From: Octopus bimaculoides | Lineage: Eukaryota | Length of the DNA stretch: 64,000 bases | Assembly: GCF_001194135.2 (NCBI RefSeq) | Contig: NC_068990.1 | Location: 56,229,154-56,293,153 of the forward strand | Direction of reading: 5' to 3' | Shown here: positions 11,606 to 25,748 of the stretch, in pieces | Numbering within the stretch: position 1 is the first letter of the stretch | Layout of the letters: the number at the start of each line of letters is the position of its first letter | Position numbers and translations under genes: made by a program | Notes under the pieces: generated by a model | Told to the model about the DNA's origin: nothing | The model's input: only the letters and a program-made list of their open reading frames with translations | Databases searched by the model: none

Positions 11606-12981
11606 ATGCACGCATAACCAACTTTGATCTCCATACATATTTTAATTCACGATTACATACCCATCACTGTTCATATTTCTCCCCACTACTCTAGTTTTTG
11701 AATTTTTGTGTATTTATATACCCCCCACCACCACCACCGAAAGATGAACAATTAGCTCCCCTGTCCACAATAACAACGATAACTAATTACCTCCCCTTAG
11801 ATTTTTTTCCGAGTCTTGTGCCTATATTAGAAAGGATTGCGAAATAATTCTTGAGAAGAACGCCGACCACTCCAAAGCTATAAGAACTATTGCCTTTCAT
11901 ACATATGATTTGGAACGACAATCCATATTTGCTTTAGAATGAAGTCTTCTTAAGAGTATGAGTCGTGAAAAGAAATGGAGGAAAAACGAAGCATATTTTG
12001 GGAATACTTGAGGCAATTTATTCATGTGCAATATATTGCAGACCATGATATATTGCGTACACATAAGCTCTGTTATCGTTATCTGTATAGCAGTTATAAG
12101 TATGCGTACAGTTCAGTAGACTTTTACAATATTTAATCAAAAGGGAATATGCTTTTAATCATTTACAAAGCAATTTGTCTGTTTTCGCTTAATTGTTCTT
12201 TTAAAAGCGCACACCTGGGCTCATCTGAAATGATCTTTTGAGAAATTCCCATGTTCGTACAATTCCTCGAGTACCCGACCACCTGCATGAACCAACACAC
12301 AAAATTAGAAAACAAAGAGAAAAACGTCTAGACAGTGATAATATTGTTTATAAAACAACTACTCCTTTTATGTGTAAATCTTTTGCAAGAGTGATAGAAA
12401 GAGGGGGAGGGAGAGAGTGGGCAGGGTGGGCAGAGAGAAAAATAATCCACACTGAATTTAAAAAGACATATACAGAGTCAGACAGATAATAGGTTTATCT
12501 TGTGTGGGGCTTCTTTTGTTTTCTTTGCAAACTACATGTAGCTGGAAGTATCTGCTGTTCTGGCTATTGTTGATGTGTAACAATATTTGCACTATTTTGA
12601 CTAGTATTTTGTCATGATTCTCTACTTAACTAAAAGATAGATTTACGATAAAGACATCATAAACCCATATAGGTATATAAATAGAAGGCAAAAAGAACAC
12701 TTAAGTAAATTTTTCACCAGACACTCGCCCCACACGCATCTTTACTTTATCATTATCGTAGTACGTGTGTGAGCGTGTACGCTAGTGTGTACACGTGCAA
12801 GTACATATGTACATTTGTCGGTGTGTGAATATGATAGAATGCACAATTCAGCACTTGTACGTGCATGCGTGCGTTTGTGCTCCTTCTGCAATATGAAACG
12901 CTAATATTGAACTGTTTTGAGAAGAACTAACGACATTGGAATAATCATGTCGATATGTCATGGCTATCGGAAGAAAAAAAG

Positions 12982-12983
<2 letters not shown>

Positions 12984-13026
<43 letters not shown>
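12984..13026. repeat. (CA)n microsatellite
   Basis: Directly visible. Confidence 0.95.
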
Positions 13027-13030
<4 letters not shown>

Positions 13031-13419
13031 CAGGACTGATACACATACCGCATGTCCATATACGCATGCATACACTCACTCCCACATACATGCATTTATA
13101 TACGTATCAGTGACGGAACTTCTACATGGTCGTTCGTCATGTTAAGAATGGCAGTCAAATCTCTTTGAAACCGCTATCTATCACTGAACTACCTTGTTTG
13201 TATTTAAGAAAAATGAAATGGAGTCACCTGACAATAGGCACTTGGTTGCAGGCTCTCCTCGCTGGATGGATGTTTTTTTCTCAATGTTGTTCTCCATGTC
13301 AGCCCTGAGAAGGAAGACTCATGATTTTAACCTGTTTTGATTATGACCATCAAGTCCATTTTTCTTCAGACATTATATATCTTCGAGTATATTACCCATT
13401 GTGGATTGGGACTCCTGAT

Positions 13420-14040
13420 TTTTTTTCTTTTTTAGGACAAAAAGCTCCGAAGCGGCCTGGTATACCCCACGAGTGGTATCTTGGCCTCCTTCTGATCTCA
13501 ACTACAACATGTAGCCTCACTCTTTTGGGTAACTGAATGATGTGTGGGACCTTTTCCAACTCCTTTGGCTTGATGTTGAGGAGGATCTCCACTGTGGTTC
13601 CAAGCGAAAACTCCCTCCCCGTTCATTTTACGTCCAAGGATGTGTTATTGTCCTCCAGAAACATCCATTAGATATTCAACACAGATGGAATACTCCCTAG
13701 CTTTATGTGACAGATCCTTCTCGGTAAATATGAGTTCCCTGCCACGTATGGGAGCTATAACGTATTTCAATGCGAGATCTCCACTCATGAAGAGAAACCC
13801 TACCCTCCTGAACTGCTTTCTCTGGTCACATGAGATCTATCTACACATATTATTTTTAGGGCTCTTTGCACATGGGCGTATGTTCCTACATTCCGGTTTC
13901 GGGTTTTAGTCGACATACAGAGGTGCAGCACCGTTTTCCGAGGAGTCGCTGTCAAAACCTCCCATTCACCTTCACAAACTTTTTATGGCAGTGTCATCTG
14001 TTGCTTCTTGACATTGTGTCGTTGTGTGAAGTCTTGTGTT
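13420..14040 (-). pseudogene. Decayed gag-like LINE ORF1 with zinc-knuckle remnant
   Basis: IAPIRGRELIF...LPKRVRLHVVVEIRRRPRYHSWGIPGRFGAFCP, read as an eroded CxxCxxxxHxxxxC. Homologous to 17850-18430 (both share ctaaaacccga and VEIRRP). Confidence 0.5.
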
Positions 14041-14583
14041 GATTTCGCCGCCAGTCCAGCAAAATATTGCTTGTACCTTCAATTGCTTCATCACTTTCTT
14101 TGTCGTCATAATTATTCTTCGTAGTTCTTGTTGCTACTGCTGTTGTTGTTGATGATTTTATTGTTGGTGTTGTAGTTACTGCAGCTGTTCTCGTTTTTGC
14201 TTTGTGTTCTTAAAACTAATTTTACTTATTTCATCGACTTAGAAAGGGTAAAAGGCAAGGTCGACCTCGGCGGAATTTGAACCCAGAGCGTAAAGATACA
14301 CAAAATATCGCTACTAACAATCCTGCCAGCTCGCGCCTTAACAAAGACTAGCCGTACCCGTGAACATTACAAGGAATTAATGGTAAACTTATTGAGTTAT
14401 TTCTGAAAACTTTATCCAAAAAAATCTGAAGGCGTAGCCTGTGTTGTGTTTGTAGGAAAAGATAGTCACTCATAAGCTAATCATTGAAAAGTGAAGGAAA
14501 TTGGAATACGATGATTACTTAATGCACTTTATATATACATTTTTTATACTTTATGCATAATTCTATACACTTAGTACACAGCA

Positions 14584-14924
14584 GTGGCGGCGCAATGGCC
14601 CAGTGGTTAGGGCAGCGTTGTGAGTGTTTATTGAGCGAAAACACCTAAAGCTCCACGAGGCTCCGGCAGGGGATGGTGGCGAACCCTGCTGTACTCTTCC
14701 ACCACAACTTCTCTCACTCTTACTTCCTGTTTCTGTTGTGCCTGTAATTCAAAGGGTCAGCCTTGTCACACTGTGTCACGCTGAATATCCCCGAGAACTG
14801 CTTTAAGGGTACACGTGTCTGTGGAGTGCTCAGCCACTTGCACGCTAATTTCACGAGCAGGCTGTTCCGTTGATCGGATCAACTGGAACCCTCGACGTCG
14901 TAAGCGACGGAGTGCCAACAACAC
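14584..14924 (+). mobile_element. SINE family B with head deletion and 10-bp TSD
   Basis: GTACACAGCA at 14574-14583 and 14925-14934 flanks the element; the body matches 6638-7024. Confidence 0.92.
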
Positions 14925-15059
14925 GTACACAGCACACTTCCTCTTCCTCTTTGACTCCTTACCTTACCCTCTTTTTCTTTCGCTCTTCGCCTGTCCTTTC
15001 ATCTAGTCACGTGAAAGCGTACACAGACGGGCTAAGTAACGGACGAAAAAATCTTAGTT

Positions 15060-15345
15060 GAAAAATTACACATTTCACTCATCACGTCCTCTCTCCTACT
15101 TATCCCCTCTCCCCTATTCCTCCTTTCCTCATTCGTCCCTCTCCATATCTCCCCGTTCCTCTCACTTCTCCCTTCCACTCTCCCTTCTCCATTCCACTCT
15201 CCCTTTTCCTTTCCACTCTCCCTTCTCCCTTCCACTCTCACTCCCTTCACTCCCTTCCATCTCCCACTCCACCACACCTTCCTATCCTCACTCTCCCCGC
15301 CCTCTCATTCGTTTCCTCCTATTCCTCCACTCTCTCCCTTCAACT
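15060..15345. repeat. Pyrimidine-rich (CT/CCT) low-complexity tract
   Basis: Almost all C/T on the + strand. Confidence 0.85.
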
Positions 15346-15404
15346 AATCACGTGGAAGCGTAACGGAGTGACAAGCAGAATTGTTATAAGATAATAAATA
15401 CTAT

Positions 15405-16550
15405 CAGTTTCAGATTTTGGCACAAGGCCAGCAAATTTGGGGAAGGGTTAAGACGATTACCCCGACCCCAGTGTTCAACTGGTACTTATTTTATCGACCC
15501 CGAAAGGATGAAAGGCAAAGGTGACCTCGGCGGAATTTGAACTCAATGCAAAGCTGGACGAAATGAATAATATTAAAATTAACGATTATAATAGTTATTA
15601 TTGATTAATAGTTAATGTCAATTAATAATCAGAATTATAATAATAATTATAATGATCAGAATGATAATTATTAGAATAATCATTAATTAATAATCAGAAC
15701 GTAAAGATGCGGTAGAAATGCCGCTAAGGGTTTTGTCCACGCTTTTACCATTCTTTCACTTCAATGCAACATCAACAACCATAATAAGAATTATTTCTGT
15801 GATAGGCACACTACATGAAATTTGGTGGAAGGGGGTTGGTCGATTTCATGAACCCCCAGTACTCAACTGGTACTTAGTTTATCTGAAGGCAAAAAAATTG
15901 AAAGGCAAAGTCGATCTCGGTGGATTTTGAACTTAGACTGTAAAGTCGGAAGAAATGCCGTTCAACATTTTCTCTATATCATTAACATTCTTCCACAACA
16001 TTGCAACGTGGAGGCGCAATGGTCCAGTGGTTAGGACAGCGGACTCGCGGTCGGAGGATCGCGGTTTCGATTCCCCGACCGGGTGTTGTGAGTGTTTATT
16101 GAACGAAAACACCTAAGCTCCACGAGGCTCCGGCAGGGGGTGCTGGCGACCCCTGTTGTACTCTTTCACCTCAACTTTCTCTCACGCCTTCTTCCTGTTT
16201 CTTGAGTAACGCTGCGATGGACTGGCGTCCCGTCCAGCTCGGGAGAACATATACGCCATAGAAACCGGGCCCATGAGCCTGGCTAGGCTTTGAAAGGGCG
16301 CATAAATAAAAAAACAACAACACTGCAACACCAAAACAATACCAACAACAACAATAATCTTTTCTACGATACGCACAATGCCTGAAATTTGGATGCAAAG
16401 GCTAGTCGACTACATAGACCTCATTGCTCAACTTGTACTTATTTCATCGACCTCAAAAAAGATGAAAAGCGAAGTCGACCTCGGTGGAATTTGAACTTGG
16501 GATGTAAAGATAGAAGAAATTGTGCTAAGTATTTTGTTCACATCATTACC
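15405..16550 (-). mobile_element. SINE family A copies (about 15405-15565, 15785-15985, 16375-16550)
   Basis: Family A core in each. The span also contains the + strand family B' copy listed separately. Confidence 0.75.
16008..16320 (+). mobile_element. SINE family B' (family B head with a different 3' module)
   Basis: The first ~190 nt match family B; it then switches to gcgatggactggcgtcccgtccag...cgccatagaaaccggg...gagcc. Confidence 0.85.
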
Positions 16551-17511
16551 ATTCTTTCTTTGAATAACAACTGCAATAATAATAATTTCTGTCTTGGCAA
16601 TAGTGTTCTGTTTTATATAATGTGGTGTAAGAATTGAGCTGTCATTGGGAATTCTCAAGACACTTTTCCGTAAAACATATTGTGGAATTTACGGTTCTTG
16701 AAGACTTCCTATCAGATCGTCACTCTTGCAGTTTCTAGTAACCATCGATCATTTTTGTCTGTTTCCATTGAATTCGGCATTATATTGTATATGATATCAT
16801 TTTAAGGAATATTCTCGGAAACATCATATTCTCGGAATTATTAATTTTGTTGTATATAAAGATCTTTTCTATAAGATGCCATTTTTCTGATTCTTCTTAT
16901 TTTCCCTTTTTTTGTTAATCAATATTCATATTCCCGCTGTCGACTCTTTTCTACAATAGACTTTATAGTCTCTGAAATGTTTTGGAGCAGTTACGTTGTT
17001 ATATTATATAAGTGTCATGTTGATATTTTCCTATCAAAACAGTGGATAATGTTTTGGAAAATACGGGAAGTTGGCGTTTTGGGAGAAAGCGTCAAAGCGT
17101 GGAATTAAATGTATTCAATATATATATCTTCGGCATTCTACATTCTAAGATGAAATCTCAACGGTATCCAAATTCATTTAATCCGTTTGACATGGATAAA
17201 ATAAGTATTAGTAATACTCTGCTGTCGTTTTAATTGTCCAAACTTTTATTCTTCGTTGTTGTCATCGTTACTATTTAGCCTCAAGTCAGCCCTGATCGAA
17301 GAAACGTATGGTAAGTACCGTGCCAATGTACTTACGATCACCCGCCTTTTTTTTCCTTTTAGGTGCAGCTTCTTCCCTAGATTTCATCGCTCACAAGCCT
17401 ATGAAGATGTATGAAGTGGTAGGAAGGAAAATGGTTTCTCGACTGAAATGCTTAATAGTAGCGATTCCTCTTATCTCAACTTGAACATCATTAGCATAAC
17501 TATAGGTTGCA

Positions 17512-17760
17512 GTGACGGGAATAAAAACAGAGGAATACAAGAACAACAACGGAAACACCACCAACAACAATTACAGCAAATATGACAACAACAACAACAA
17601 CAACAGCAATAACAGTAATAGCAACAACAGCAGCAACAACAACAACAACCCCAGCAGCGACAGCAATAACAAGAGCGAAGTCAGCAGCATCAACAACTTC
17701 AACAACAGTTGCAGCAGTAACAACAATAACAACGGCGGCAGCAATAGCAGCAATAATGAG
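17512..17760 (+). repeat. (AAC/AGC)n trinucleotide low-complexity tract
   Basis: Directly visible; source of the poly-N/T/L ORFs. Confidence 0.9.
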
Positions 17761-17849
17761 GCCGGCAAATGTAGTCGTGTGGCGACTCCATGGACAGGCA
17801 ATCTCTTACTCGCATGGCGGTGAAGTCAGCACAATACTTCTCATTCTTC

Positions 17850-18430
17850 CTAAAGAATAAGGAGGAACAGCTAACGGAAGGAGAGCACAATTTGCAATCC
17901 CAGCTGAGGTTTTTTGAAGTAACCGTCTGAAACAACTGTGCTGTACTGCTGTGTTCGGCTAAAACCCGATGCCTAGAGGCAGCCACATATACCCTCAAAC
18001 ATATATAGGTAGACATAAAACATGTAACCAAGAAAGGCAGTTAAGGATCAAGGAGACCCTTTTCAAACGTGAAGCTTTCTCGCTGGGGCACTCAATAGTT
18101 CCCATATGCGACAGAGAGATCATCATTTGCCCAAAATATATGAGAAGAAAGACCTGTCGCATTAATACGGCGAAGTTTTGCAGGGTTGGACCAGATAATG
18201 TTGGGATGTGTTGTTTTGAAGGGCAGTAACACTTTTCCTGACGAAAAACAAATGGAAAAGGAGTTTTGGTTTGGGACCACGTGAAGCGGGAAAGATCCCT
18301 GACCTTACCAAACTATCTAATTGTGTGGGGATGCATGCTACAGTTGAAATCAGAAGGCCTAGATATTATCGTGCAGTGCTGAAAAAGTCACTTAAGTGTT
18401 TTCTGTCCCGAACAAAAAGACTGGGTAGAG
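17850..18430 (+). pseudogene. Second decayed gag-like LINE ORF1 relic
   Basis: IVPICDREIIICPKYMRRK...GMHATVEIRRPRYY aligns by eye with the 13420-14040 relic; several stops and frameshifts. Confidence 0.45.
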
Positions 18431-18781
18431 GAGGTCCCCACAACTGCAGACGTCGCAATCCCAACAACAGCAGCGTACATCACTAACAGCAGCCGCGAAG
18501 AGAACAAGAACAGCAACATCAATCCCAAACCAACAGCAGTAGGAATAGCAGTAACAACAACACAAACAACTGCAGCTGCACTTATGACAACAACAGTACC
18601 AGCACCAGCAACAACGGCAACAGCAACAATGACGCTAACAACAAAACCCAAACCGACAACCTGGGAATCCACATTGCTCTCTTACTCCCCACTCTTTCCA
18701 CTTCTTTCGTACTCAATCAAAGACGTAGACGTACACGAAAACACACTTTCACTCCCCACCCGGATCGGATTTCTTTTATCT

Positions 18782-19334
18782 CTTATCCATTACTTGTTCC
18801 AGTCATTGGAATGCGGCCATGCTGGGGAACCGCCTTGAAGGGCTTAGTCGAATAAAACAACCAGTCCTCAATACTTATTTTTTTTTAAAGCCTGGTACTT
18901 ATTCTATTATTCTATCAAATGAACCTCGGTTGTCAAGCGGTGGTGGCGGACTAAAACAGATACTACTAAAAGATAAAAGATATGTGGTTGTGTGGTAAGA
19001 AGCTTACTTCCCAACCACACAGTTTCGGGTTAAGTGTGGCACCCTAGGCAAGTCTCTTCTACTATAGCCTGGGCTAACCAAAGCCTTGTGAGTGGATTTG
19101 ATTGACGGAAACTGAAAGAAGTCCGCTGTATTTACATATGTATATATCTGTGTATCTGTATTTGTGCCCCTCCTCAACATCACCGCTTGAGAATCGGTTC
19201 GGCAAAAGAAATCGATTAATTAAGTGGAGGCTTAAAAATAAGTCCTGGAGTCGATTTGTTCGACTAAGATCCTTCAAGGTAGTGCTCCAGCATGAACGCT
19301 GTTAAATGACTGAAAAAATAAAAGAATAAGAGAA
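18782..19334. mobile_element. Two SINE family C copies in opposite orientation (minus partial 18782-18965, plus 18983-19334)
   Basis: The family C tail is reversed on the left and a full head-to-tail copy lies on the right. Confidence 0.75.
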
Positions 19335-19441
19335 TATATATACATATGGGTGAAGATGGAAAAGAATTGCGCAATCGAGACGAAATTGAAAGAGCATTAT
19401 GACCAGCAGTGTACACAACATCTAATGGTCTGGTCGATACT

Positions 19442-19612
<171 letters not shown>

Positions 19613-20766
19613 TTTGTGTGGTGATTCTAACGGCTGAAAATAGTAGCTAAATATTCCTTAAATCACAACATTATACATTGCCTTAAAAGACACATTGCAT
19701 ACCGAAATTACAGACAGCATTATGCTTGAACACAAAATGGGAGGGTATCGACTGGAATATCGTTAATAAGTTTGTTTTGCTAAAGCAGCACGAGAGCTAA
19801 ACAAAAACAAACAATCTGAGATTTATGGTGCGTTACCTAATTTGTAGCGCGTACTTATGGTGACATCTACATATTGATAGAAACACATTGTATAGCTGAC
19901 TGGTTTGGACTGATGAAATCCAAGTAGGTTGAGATCGTGATATCTCGGTTGTCAGAGGCATACACCCATTATGGGCGTTTTAAGATCAAAATTATTGTAG
20001 CGCAAGATGAAATATATTTTTATAGTCAAAATTAATAAGAAAACAAGAGAAACAAGAACAGTGTTAGATGTCAATAATTCAAACGCGACTGAAAAAGTTA
20101 AAATTTCTGTTGTTGAAAGTAAGAAAAAAATGCAATCAGCATTCTTAAATCATAAATAATTGGAGCCTGGAGGCAGAAATTGGAAATCTTCGTGTTGTTG
20201 TGTACGCAAAGGTCTGTAAATTCAATGTAGATATCACTGATGATCTAATACTTCATGCTGATACTTTGTTGATATTGCATGCAAGAGAAATCGTTAAAAC
20301 AACCCATTTTCAAACGCTTGTTTGTTTTTTCTTTTCTCTCTTGATACGGATGAATTGCTGCGACTTATGTTTTTACAAGGCGTGTTTGCAATTAAACTTA
20401 ATACCATTCAAGCAAAGAAAAAGTGCTCGAGACATAAAGATTATTTATCTGGATTTTACAGGTTCACTGAATAGGATTAAACCCTATAGGTATAGGTAAA
20501 TCAAAACTAGCATCTTGGGACGTTTTTCGTTATTCGATATTCATTACTTTTGGTTCGGTGACAACATGAAGCAAAAATAATATAATTCAACTCTCTAATT
20601 TTTTTCAAACCAATGGAGAATAATTTACTACATTGTATTATTCTATTATTATTCGTATTAAATATCATTCCATATGTCTATGTATGTATGTAGATGTCTG
20701 TGTATATATATACATATATATATATATAGTATATGTACTTTATTATTTATACATGTGTATTATGTC

Positions 20767-20816
<50 letters not shown>

Positions 20817-22149
20817 AAGTTTAATAATGTATCAACCCGAAAATGAGCATTTGACCTCTAGTTGGTAAAAGAAGTATGGTTTACGAGCCAGTAATATCTA
20901 AAGCAGTACAACAAAGTTTCATACAGTACAAGCACACGAGGTACTAGTAATTTCCGGTTACTAGGCTTTAGATCAATCTGATTGGCACTTCGGCTTAACT
21001 TAAAGTTAGGAAAATAATGTTACGTATAAACGATCGCTTCAGGATTTAGAATTCAGAAACAAGTCGAAACAAAATAGATTGATATATTTATTCTAGTGCT
21101 CTGTTAGCGGTTATCTCCAACACCATTTATACCTGAGAACAACAAATTTTATATATAGTTTATGCGTTTTTATATTGAACAGTACATTAAGTAAAACAGA
21201 TATTTTTACCGTGGAATTCAGATAATGGTCTGAAAATTACCCGCAGAGCGAAGAAAAAAATTATTATCTTGGCATTTGCTTTTTTTTTTCCGCTGATTTC
21301 ATGCTTAAACAAAATATGAAGGAATAAATAAATATACATGGTAGCTGTAATAAATCTTGTACACGTGACCTTAAAATGCTATATTCCGACATAGACTATC
21401 GGGTTTCAATTAGAAAAATAACAATATTTATTTTAAGAATGATTACTTTTCCTGTGATTTTTGTGTCTTTACATTTCTCTTGTTTCCTTTGAGTTAAAAA
21501 AGAAGGAAAACAAGTGAGAAAATATGAGAATAGTATCAAATACATATTTCTCATAAATATAGGGCGATGCACTCACTCCAGTGCAGACAAATAATCATTT
21601 TTGCTTTTATACTGAAATTTGGAAGTGAGTTATCTAAGATGCTAACAAGGTTTCTTAGTACTATGCAGTAAAAAGCAAATAGTCGAGTTCGTTAGTATGA
21701 TGTAAGGATAAGAAATATCTAACGTTTTGGCAAGAACTATTATTTTTTTCTCACGAAGCACGCACGCGCAAAAAAACAGAAATCTTCTAATTTTTGTATT
21801 TATTTTTATTGCCTTTTGCAGACACTGAATATGAGCGATTATATTAAACATTCAGAATACAAAGTTCAGAAGAAATGGATTCATTTCCTATTTAGTTATC
21901 TCTTTACGAGTGACCAACCTTATTGAGTATTATTTTCTGTAGGAGAGATGGGTGGACAGTGATTTATATCGAGCCCTAGTTCTCGATGAAAATGATTGAA
22001 CCGACCCTATTCGAATGAAGAAATGAAGACCTCGGTGGGATCCGAATTTAAAATGCAAGGCTCGTAACAAAATACCACAAGCGATTTTGTGAAGTGTTCT
22101 AATATTTCTATCAACCCATCGTCCGGAGACATCTTTTCTTTTTTTGATG

Positions 22150-22548
22150 TTTCATTAATTGCTTCAGTCACTAGTTTGCATGTTGGGGCACAGCTTTGGA
22201 GAATTTTTAGTCGAATAAATCGACCCCAATACTTTTTTTAAAGCCTGATATTTATTCTATAGGTTTACTTTTGCCGAACCACTAAAATATACGGGGACGT
22301 AAACACACCATTACCGGTTGTCAAGCGGTAGCGGGGGACAAGCACAGACATAAAGACACGCACGTATAGATAGATACATACATACATACGTGCATATACA
22401 TTGTTTCAGTTTACGTCTCTGAAATCCACTCACAAGGCTTTGGTCGGCTCGCGGCTATAGAAGAAACTTACCCAAGGTGTCAGGCAGTAGGATGGACCCT
22501 GAACCATGTGGTTGGGAAGCAAACTTCTTATCACACAGCCACGTCTGA
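22150..22548 (-). mobile_element. SINE family C
   Basis: Matches 8288-8820 in reverse; short internal (CATA)n. Confidence 0.8.
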
Positions 22549-23544
22549 ACCTATATTAATTTCTGACCTGTTAAGAGGTGAGTTGACAGAATTGGTACAA
22601 TGTAAACAAGATTTTTAAAAAATGGTCTGGCGGTAGTTTTCAAGTTCTTTACGTTCTGAGTGCAAGTCCTGCTGAAGTNNNNNNNNNNACGTAAACACAC
22701 CATTACCGGTTGTCAAGCGGTAGCGGGGGACAAGCACAGACATAAAGACACGCACGTATAGATAGATACATACATACATACGTGCATATACATTGTTTCA
22801 GTTTACGTCTCTGAAATCCACTCACAAGGCTTTGGTCGGCTCGCGGCTATAGAAGAAACTTACCCAAGGTGTCAGGCAGTAGGATGGACCCTGAACCATG
22901 TGGTTNNNNNNNNNNNNNNNNNNNNNNNNNNNNNNNNNNNNNNNNNNNNNNNNNNNNNNNNNNNNNNNNNNNNNNNNGGTGAGTTGACAGAATTGGTACA
23001 ATGTAAACAAGATTTTTAAAAAATGGTCTGGCGGTAGTTTTCAAGTTCTTTACGTTCTGAGTGCAAGTCCTGCTGAAGTCTGCTTTGCCTTTCATCTCTC
23101 AGGGATCGATAACTTAGTACCAGTAAAATACTAGGGTCAACAGTACAAACTAATCTTTTCTCTTTAAAATTGCGAGTCTTTTATCTGAATCAGAAACCTT
23201 TATTTTCTGTTCTGTTCTGGCATTTCTCGAGGCATTAGTTCTTTTAAGAGATGTTACTAGCCTCTCGTTCAAATTTTCCCTATTTCTGGAGAAAGAGACG
23301 CCTTGAATGATTCCTCACGGCCTCTCCCTCAGATGGAGAGATCACTTGATCTCAGTTCTTGACTTGAACTTAATTATCGTTTCTGAAAATACGCAAAATG
23401 TAAACCCCATTGGAATTCGAATTCAGAAACAAAGACAAATACTGCAGGATCCGATGCTCTAATGACATCTAGTACTGCATCTGCTTACATATCTTATTAA
23501 AATTTACATATCTGAAGAATGCATGAACGAGAACTTGATAAATA

Positions 23545-24640
23545 ATCTTTTCTACCATAGACACAAGGCCTAGAATTTGTGGGGAGGGAGCATTTGAAAT
23601 CAGAACGTAGCGACGGGCGAAATACCGCTAAGCATTTCGTCCAGCGTGCTAACGACTCCACCAGCTCACTGCCTTTAGAAATTGATAAATAATAAGTTAT
23701 TATTAATGCGGCGAACTGGCAGAATCGTTAGCGTGCCGAGCAAAGTGCTTACTGGCATTTCGTCCGGTTTCACGTTCTGAGTTCAAATTCCGCCGAGTTC
23801 GACTTTGATTTCATCATTTCGGGGCCGATGAAATAAGTACCATTTGATGTTGATGTAATAACCTTACCACCTACCTCAAAATTGTTGACCTTGTACCAAA
23901 ATTTAAAACCGATTATTTACTATGCATTGGCAAATGTCAAAAATATGCTATAAATTGAAGCAAGACTATATATAGTTTATCGATATTGAATGAATTGAAA
24001 GCAAAGATGACTCCATGAAAATTCAATCTCGAAAATGTAAAAGTGCACAACTAAATGGTTTAGCCAGGCTCTCCACTGTTTCTGTGTCTCCATCGTTTTG
24101 CGAAATATAAAATATATAATAAATTCATTTAACTTGATATTAATATATAATTTAACCCATAAAAGTTGCTCAACTAGAATAGCTAGAAACAAACGCTAAT
24201 CAACTTTATGGAAATAACAGCCAAACTTCTCTCAACTCACTCTCACGCCGCCTTAATAAAAGAGACAGATTAGGTAACGTGCTGCTAGCTACCCCAGAAA
24301 GATGAGATAGAGGAATAGGCCGATGATAAAAGCCGAAATACTTTTTCTTATAAGTCTGCTCAATCAAGATTAATGGGAAGCTAAAATTAATTGATTTGCT
24401 ACTTAAGAAAAATAATCCTTTCTACTATAGGTACAAGGCCAGTAAGTTCGAGGAAAGGATAAGTAAATTACCTCGACCCCAGTACTCAACTGGTACTTAT
24501 TTTACCACCCATGAAGGATGAAAGGATGAAAGGACAAGACGTCCTCAGCGAAGTTTGAACTCAGAACGTAATGACGGACGAAATGCCGCTAAACATTTAG
24601 CCGAGCGTTCTAATTTTTCGGTCAGCTCACCGTCTTATTT
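23545..24640. mobile_element. SINE family A copies (23545-23675 minus, 23705-23915 plus, 24415-24640 minus)
   Basis: Family A heads and cores are recognisable in each. Confidence 0.75.
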
Positions 24641-25748
24641 AATAAAAATAATGTAACGCGATTTAAAATAAGTTTGTGTGGTGCTTTTGAGTTTCTCAAA
24701 AGAATTAGTGACGCACGAGAAGAGTATCGGCTTTAAGTGGGAAGCAGTTCAAAGATTCTATAGCTCTCATTAATCAGATGTTGAATTCTAGATTCTAATA
24801 TCTGGCATGTCGTTTGATTCGAAAATCAGAAATCTGACAGACACTTTCTTGCAATTTACAAAACAGATGAAAATTAAATTATAGAAAATGCTATGGCTAA
24901 TCAAAAGCGCATGATGTCTTGGGGAGCATGACGGTCATGGGTGACTATGAGGGTAGGAGTGTAAGACATTATCAGCGTGTAGTTAACGAATCCTATCTTG
25001 TCCCCAGTGCTGTGATTTGATCATGAGTATGACGATTCTATGTGGCACGAGATAGCTTGCGTTAAGTGTGTACTAAAGTTTGGAGTCTAGTTTGTTTTAT
25101 GGTCACGGCTATAGACTATGTTGCAGCACCACCTATATGCTTACACGATAAGAATACCTGACAATATGGATTTATTCTTAGTTGTATTATTACCATTTTA
25201 GTAGAAGAACTGATAGCAAGACATATATAGAAAAGAACTAAGCATCTAGTGGGACAACCTTGGTTGTATTATCGGTTGAAAGAATTCTCTATCGCGTACT
25301 GTTGTAGTACTTATAAACTTAAGTAAAAGACGATCACCAAATAATTTAATTCTCCTTAACTATACATTTAAGATCTTGTCGCGGGTGGTGCTGCTGTTTT
25401 TTAACCTTGCATAACACGGCTGGTCTTGTCTAAGCGGATCTACGGAACTTACGAAGTTATTTAAGCAAAATACGATCCACAAATTCCTAAGCGAGGACAC
25501 ACTGTACTTTTCTCTCGGAGAGAACCATGTCGCACATTGTGTAAGACAGTCTAGGCATATAATCTGAAACATCAAGGAACATGTGAGGGGAGAAAGTAGG
25601 AAGGTGACGCTTTGAACGCAGATCAAAAGATAAAGATTAAATAATTTTATTTGTCGACGGAAAGACAATCTTACTCAGAACTGTCTCAATGACAGGATGA
25701 AGTTATCTGTTTTAAGTTTCTAAGTGCTTTCCGAAGCATATATACATA

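Noticed and set aside
17512-17860. Poly-N/poly-T/poly-L proteins
   Set aside because: Open in several frames only because the AAC/AGC repeats lack stops; no splice or domain support.
20950-21000. Possible promoter (TTCCGG ETS-like and ATTGG CCAAT-like motifs)
   Set aside because: Two short motifs with no linked exon or CpG-rich context; expected by chance.
22297-23079. About 380-bp exact tandem duplication
   Set aside because: The copies are identical and separated by a 10-N gap, with a second gap inside copy two; most likely an assembly artefact.
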